The notes under the pieces were generated by a model. That model worked only from the letters and a program-made list of their open reading frames with translations, had not been told where the DNA came from and did no database searches. A program made the position numbers and the translations under genes. This document shows positions 5,729 to 7,718 of a stretch of 7,718 bases of DNA, piece after piece. The DNA is from an uncultured Erysipelotrichaceae bacterium (GTDB lineage: Bacteria > Bacillota_I > Bacilli_A > Erysipelotrichales > Erysipelotrichaceae): assembly GCA_964457525.1 (NCBI GenBank), contig CAYWGS010000066.1, forward strand, positions 1 through 7,718, in the 5' to 3' direction. Positions within the stretch are counted from its first letter, which is position 1. Each line of letters begins with the position of its first letter.

Positions 5729-5848
5729 TATAGCGCCCGGCTTATTGAAGTGACGAGGAAAGAGGAGTATCGAAAGATTCGGCGGATGCCTCTTCGGCAA
5801 CAGTTGTCGTGAAATGAAGGATAAATTAACAGAGACTTCATTAAACTG
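5729..5848 (+). ncRNA. glmS ribozyme (GlcN6P-dependent self-cleaving riboswitch)
   Basis: The core string is A|GCGCC (5732|5733-5737), GACGAGG (5752-5758), AGAGG...AUCGAAAGAU...UCGGCGGAUGCCUCU (5761-5793), a P3-like hairpin CGGCAA-CAG-UUGUCG, and a P4-like helix AUGAAG...CUUCAU (5814-5841). It lies directly upstream of glmS and closely matches the conserved core of Bacillus/Thermoanaerobacter glmS ribozymes. Confidence 0.9.
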
Positions 5849-5869
5849 AAATTGAAAGGATCATTAAAT

Positions 5870-7696
5870 ATGTGTGGAATTGTAGGTGTTGTTGGGAATA
5901 AGCCAGCACCTGAGTTTTTAATTGCGGGATTAAGACAATTAGAATACCGCGGTTATGACTCTGTGGGGATTTCTGTATTTAGACATGGTCAAATACAGAC
6001 ATTAAAAACAAAAGGAAGAATTGATAATATACAACTTAAATTGGAATCTAATCCATTAACTGAATCAAGAGTGGGCATTGGACATACCCGATGGGCAACC
6101 CATGGAGAACCATCCGATATTAACTCTCATCCGCATGGAAGTGCACGTGTATCACTGGTTCATAATGGAATTATTGAGAACTATTTAGCGATAAAAGAAC
6201 GCATGATTCGTAAAGGTTATTCCTTTGAATCACAAACAGATACTGAAGCATTAGCAAAACTCTTAGATTACTACTATGTTCAAAAAAAGGACCCTATCGA
6301 GGCAATTAAGAAAGTCTTAGAAAAGATTAAAGGTTCTTATGCATTAGGCATGTTATTTTCTGGACATGAAGATACTATCTACGCTATACGTAAAGATAGT
6401 CCATTAATTATCGGTATCGGAAAGGATGAAAATTTCATCGCATCGGATATTACTGCAATCTTGGACTATACCCGTAATTATTATCTTCTTGAGGAAGATG
6501 AAATTGCGATTGTAAAAAAAGAACAAATCATTATCATCGATAAAGATGGAGAGATTATACATAAAGAAGTGCAAACTGCTTCATGGGATCGACAAAGTGC
6601 TGAAAAAGCAGGTTATGCTCATTTCATGATCAAAGAAATCCATGAACAACCTTCTGTACTCTTGAATGCGATTAATCCAAGAATCAAAAATAATACGATT
6701 GATTTTAGTGAAGCAGGACTTTCCCCTTCTATCTTAAAATCGATAACGAAGTTTCATCTCATTGCTTGTGGAACAGCGATGCATGCGGCTATGGTAGGGA
6801 AACAACTCATAGAGAAACATGCAAGAGTCTCTTGTGATGTGGATGTTGCTTCAGAGTTTAGATATCGTAATCCTATATTAAATAAGAATGATGTCGTAAT
6901 TATCATCTCCCAATCGGGCGAAACAGCTGATTCATTAGCTGCACTTAGACTTGCGAAATCAAATGGCACTAAAGTCATCGCAATTGTGAATGTGGTAGGA
7001 TCATCGATTGCACGTGAAGCGGATTATGTATTGTATACATGGGCTGGTTTAGAAATAGCAGTCGCAAGTACAAAGGCTTATTTTGTACAGATTGCGTTAT
7101 TAACGCTATTTGCTTATAAACTTGGAGAGGTTCATCAAACGATAAGTATAGATGATATTCAACACTTGATTGAATCACTCTATGCACTTCCTTCTATTAC
7201 CCAGGAATTACTCGATAAACAAGAAACAATTAAACAGATTGCCTCTGAGTTTGTGAATAGTCGAAATGTATTCTTCTTAGGTAGAGGATTAGATTATGCC
7301 TTAGCGCTTGAAGCTTCATTGAAACTGAAAGAAATATCCTATATCCATTCTGAAGCATATCCAGCAGGTGAATTAAAGCACGGGACTATATCACTCATTA
7401 CAGAAGATTTCCCAGTAATCGCTTTAGTAACTCAATCAAACTTAGTAGAGAAAATGGTATCGAATATCAAAGAAGTCAAAGCTCGTGGAGCACGTGTAAT
7501 CTTAATAGGAAGACCAGGGTTAGAACATACACATGATTACAGTGATCGTGAGTTTATCTTACCCGATGTACATGAAGACTTAATGCCTCTCGTTAGTATT
7601 ATTCCTCTTCAACTCTTTGCCTATTATAGTTCAGTGTTAAGAGGACTTGATGTGGATAAACCACGTAATCTAGCAAAATCCGTTACAGTCGAATAA
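5870..7696 (+). CDS. glmS: Glutamine--fructose-6-phosphate aminotransferase (isomerizing)
   Basis: The 608-aa protein begins MCGIVG. The obligatory N-terminal Cys of Ntn amidotransferases fixes the start at ATG 5870, not TTG 5852. It contains two SIS-domain motifs (SQSGETADSL, GRGLDYALALEASLKLKE) and the C-terminal LAKSVTVE. The RBS AAAGGA lies 9 nt upstream. Confidence 0.97.
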   Translation: MCGIVGVVGNKPAPEFLIAGLRQLEYRGYDSVGISVFRHGQIQTLKTKGRIDNIQLKLESNPLTESRVGIGHTRWATHGEPSDINSHPHGSARVSLVHNGIIENYLAIKERMIRKGYSFESQTDTEALAKLLDYYYVQKKDPIEAIKKVLEKIKGSYALGMLFSGHEDTIYAIRKDSPLIIGIGKDENFIASDITAILDYTRNYYLLEEDEIAIVKKEQIIIIDKDGEIIHKEVQTASWDRQSAEKAGYAHFMIKEIHEQPSVLLNAINPRIKNNTIDFSEAGLSPSILKSITKFHLIACGTAMHAAMVGKQLIEKHARVSCDVDVASEFRYRNPILNKNDVVIIISQSGETADSLAALRLAKSNGTKVIAIVNVVGSSIAREADYVLYTWAGLEIAVASTKAYFVQIALLTLFAYKLGEVHQTISIDDIQHLIESLYALPSITQELLDKQETIKQIASEFVNSRNVFFLGRGLDYALALEASLKLKEISYIHSEAYPAGELKHGTISLITEDFPVIALVTQSNLVEKMVSNIKEVKARGARVILIGRPGLEHTHDYSDREFILPDVHEDLMPLVSIIPLQLFAYYSSVLRGLDVDKPRNLAKSVTVE

Positions 7697-7718
7697 AAAG
7701 ACAATCTAAATTGTCTTT
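7697..7718 (+). terminator. Probable rho-independent terminator of glmS (cut by the window edge)
   Basis: The hairpin AAAGACAAT-CTAA-ATTGTCTTT starts immediately after the TAA stop. The T-tract beyond the stem cannot be seen because the window ends. Confidence 0.65.

Noticed and set aside
5852-5869. TTG start extending glmS by six residues (MKGSLN-)
   Set aside because: GlmS needs Cys as its first mature residue, as an Ntn amidotransferase. ATG 5870 gives MCGIVG, and the extension would place the AAAGGA RBS inside the coding region.
6754-7187. Two - strand ORFs (74 and 70 aa) inside glmS
   Set aside because: Both are antisense to the strongly conserved SIS domains of glmS. Neither has an RBS or a recognisable motif.

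Overview
This is an AT-rich chromosomal window that looks like a low-GC Bacillota or Erysipelotrichia-type organism; the taxon is a guess from composition and gene content. Most of it is housekeeping or metabolic. On the + strand, pepT (tripeptidase T) is followed after a 2-nt gap by a DUF438/hemerythrin/PAS_10 protein, and the pair ends at a bidirectional hairpin terminator. Converging on that terminator is a tightly packed five-gene array on the - strand. It encodes a MalY/PatB-type C-S lyase, a DJ-1/YajL-type protein, an 83-aa ORF matching only the middle domain of FakA/YloV, a TfoX N-domain-only protein, and a stand-alone PAS protein that overlaps TfoX by ATGA. Upstream of the array on the same strand are tRNA-Arg(CCT) and tRNA-Leu(GAG), with a candidate promoter and a weak terminator. 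Diverging from the tRNAs are a sigma-A-like promoter, a clear glmS ribozyme and glmS. A probable membrane-protein N-terminus runs off the left edge. I saw no integrase, transposase, CRISPR array, toxin-antitoxin pair or recognisable defence gene. The least explained parts are the orphan FakA-middle-domain ORF, the coupled TfoX_N/PAS pair and the pepT-DUF438 coupling. These are hypotheses from motif reading only, because no searches could be run. Three ORF-track starts (glmS, DJ-1, patB-like) appear over-extended and are corrected in the feature list.
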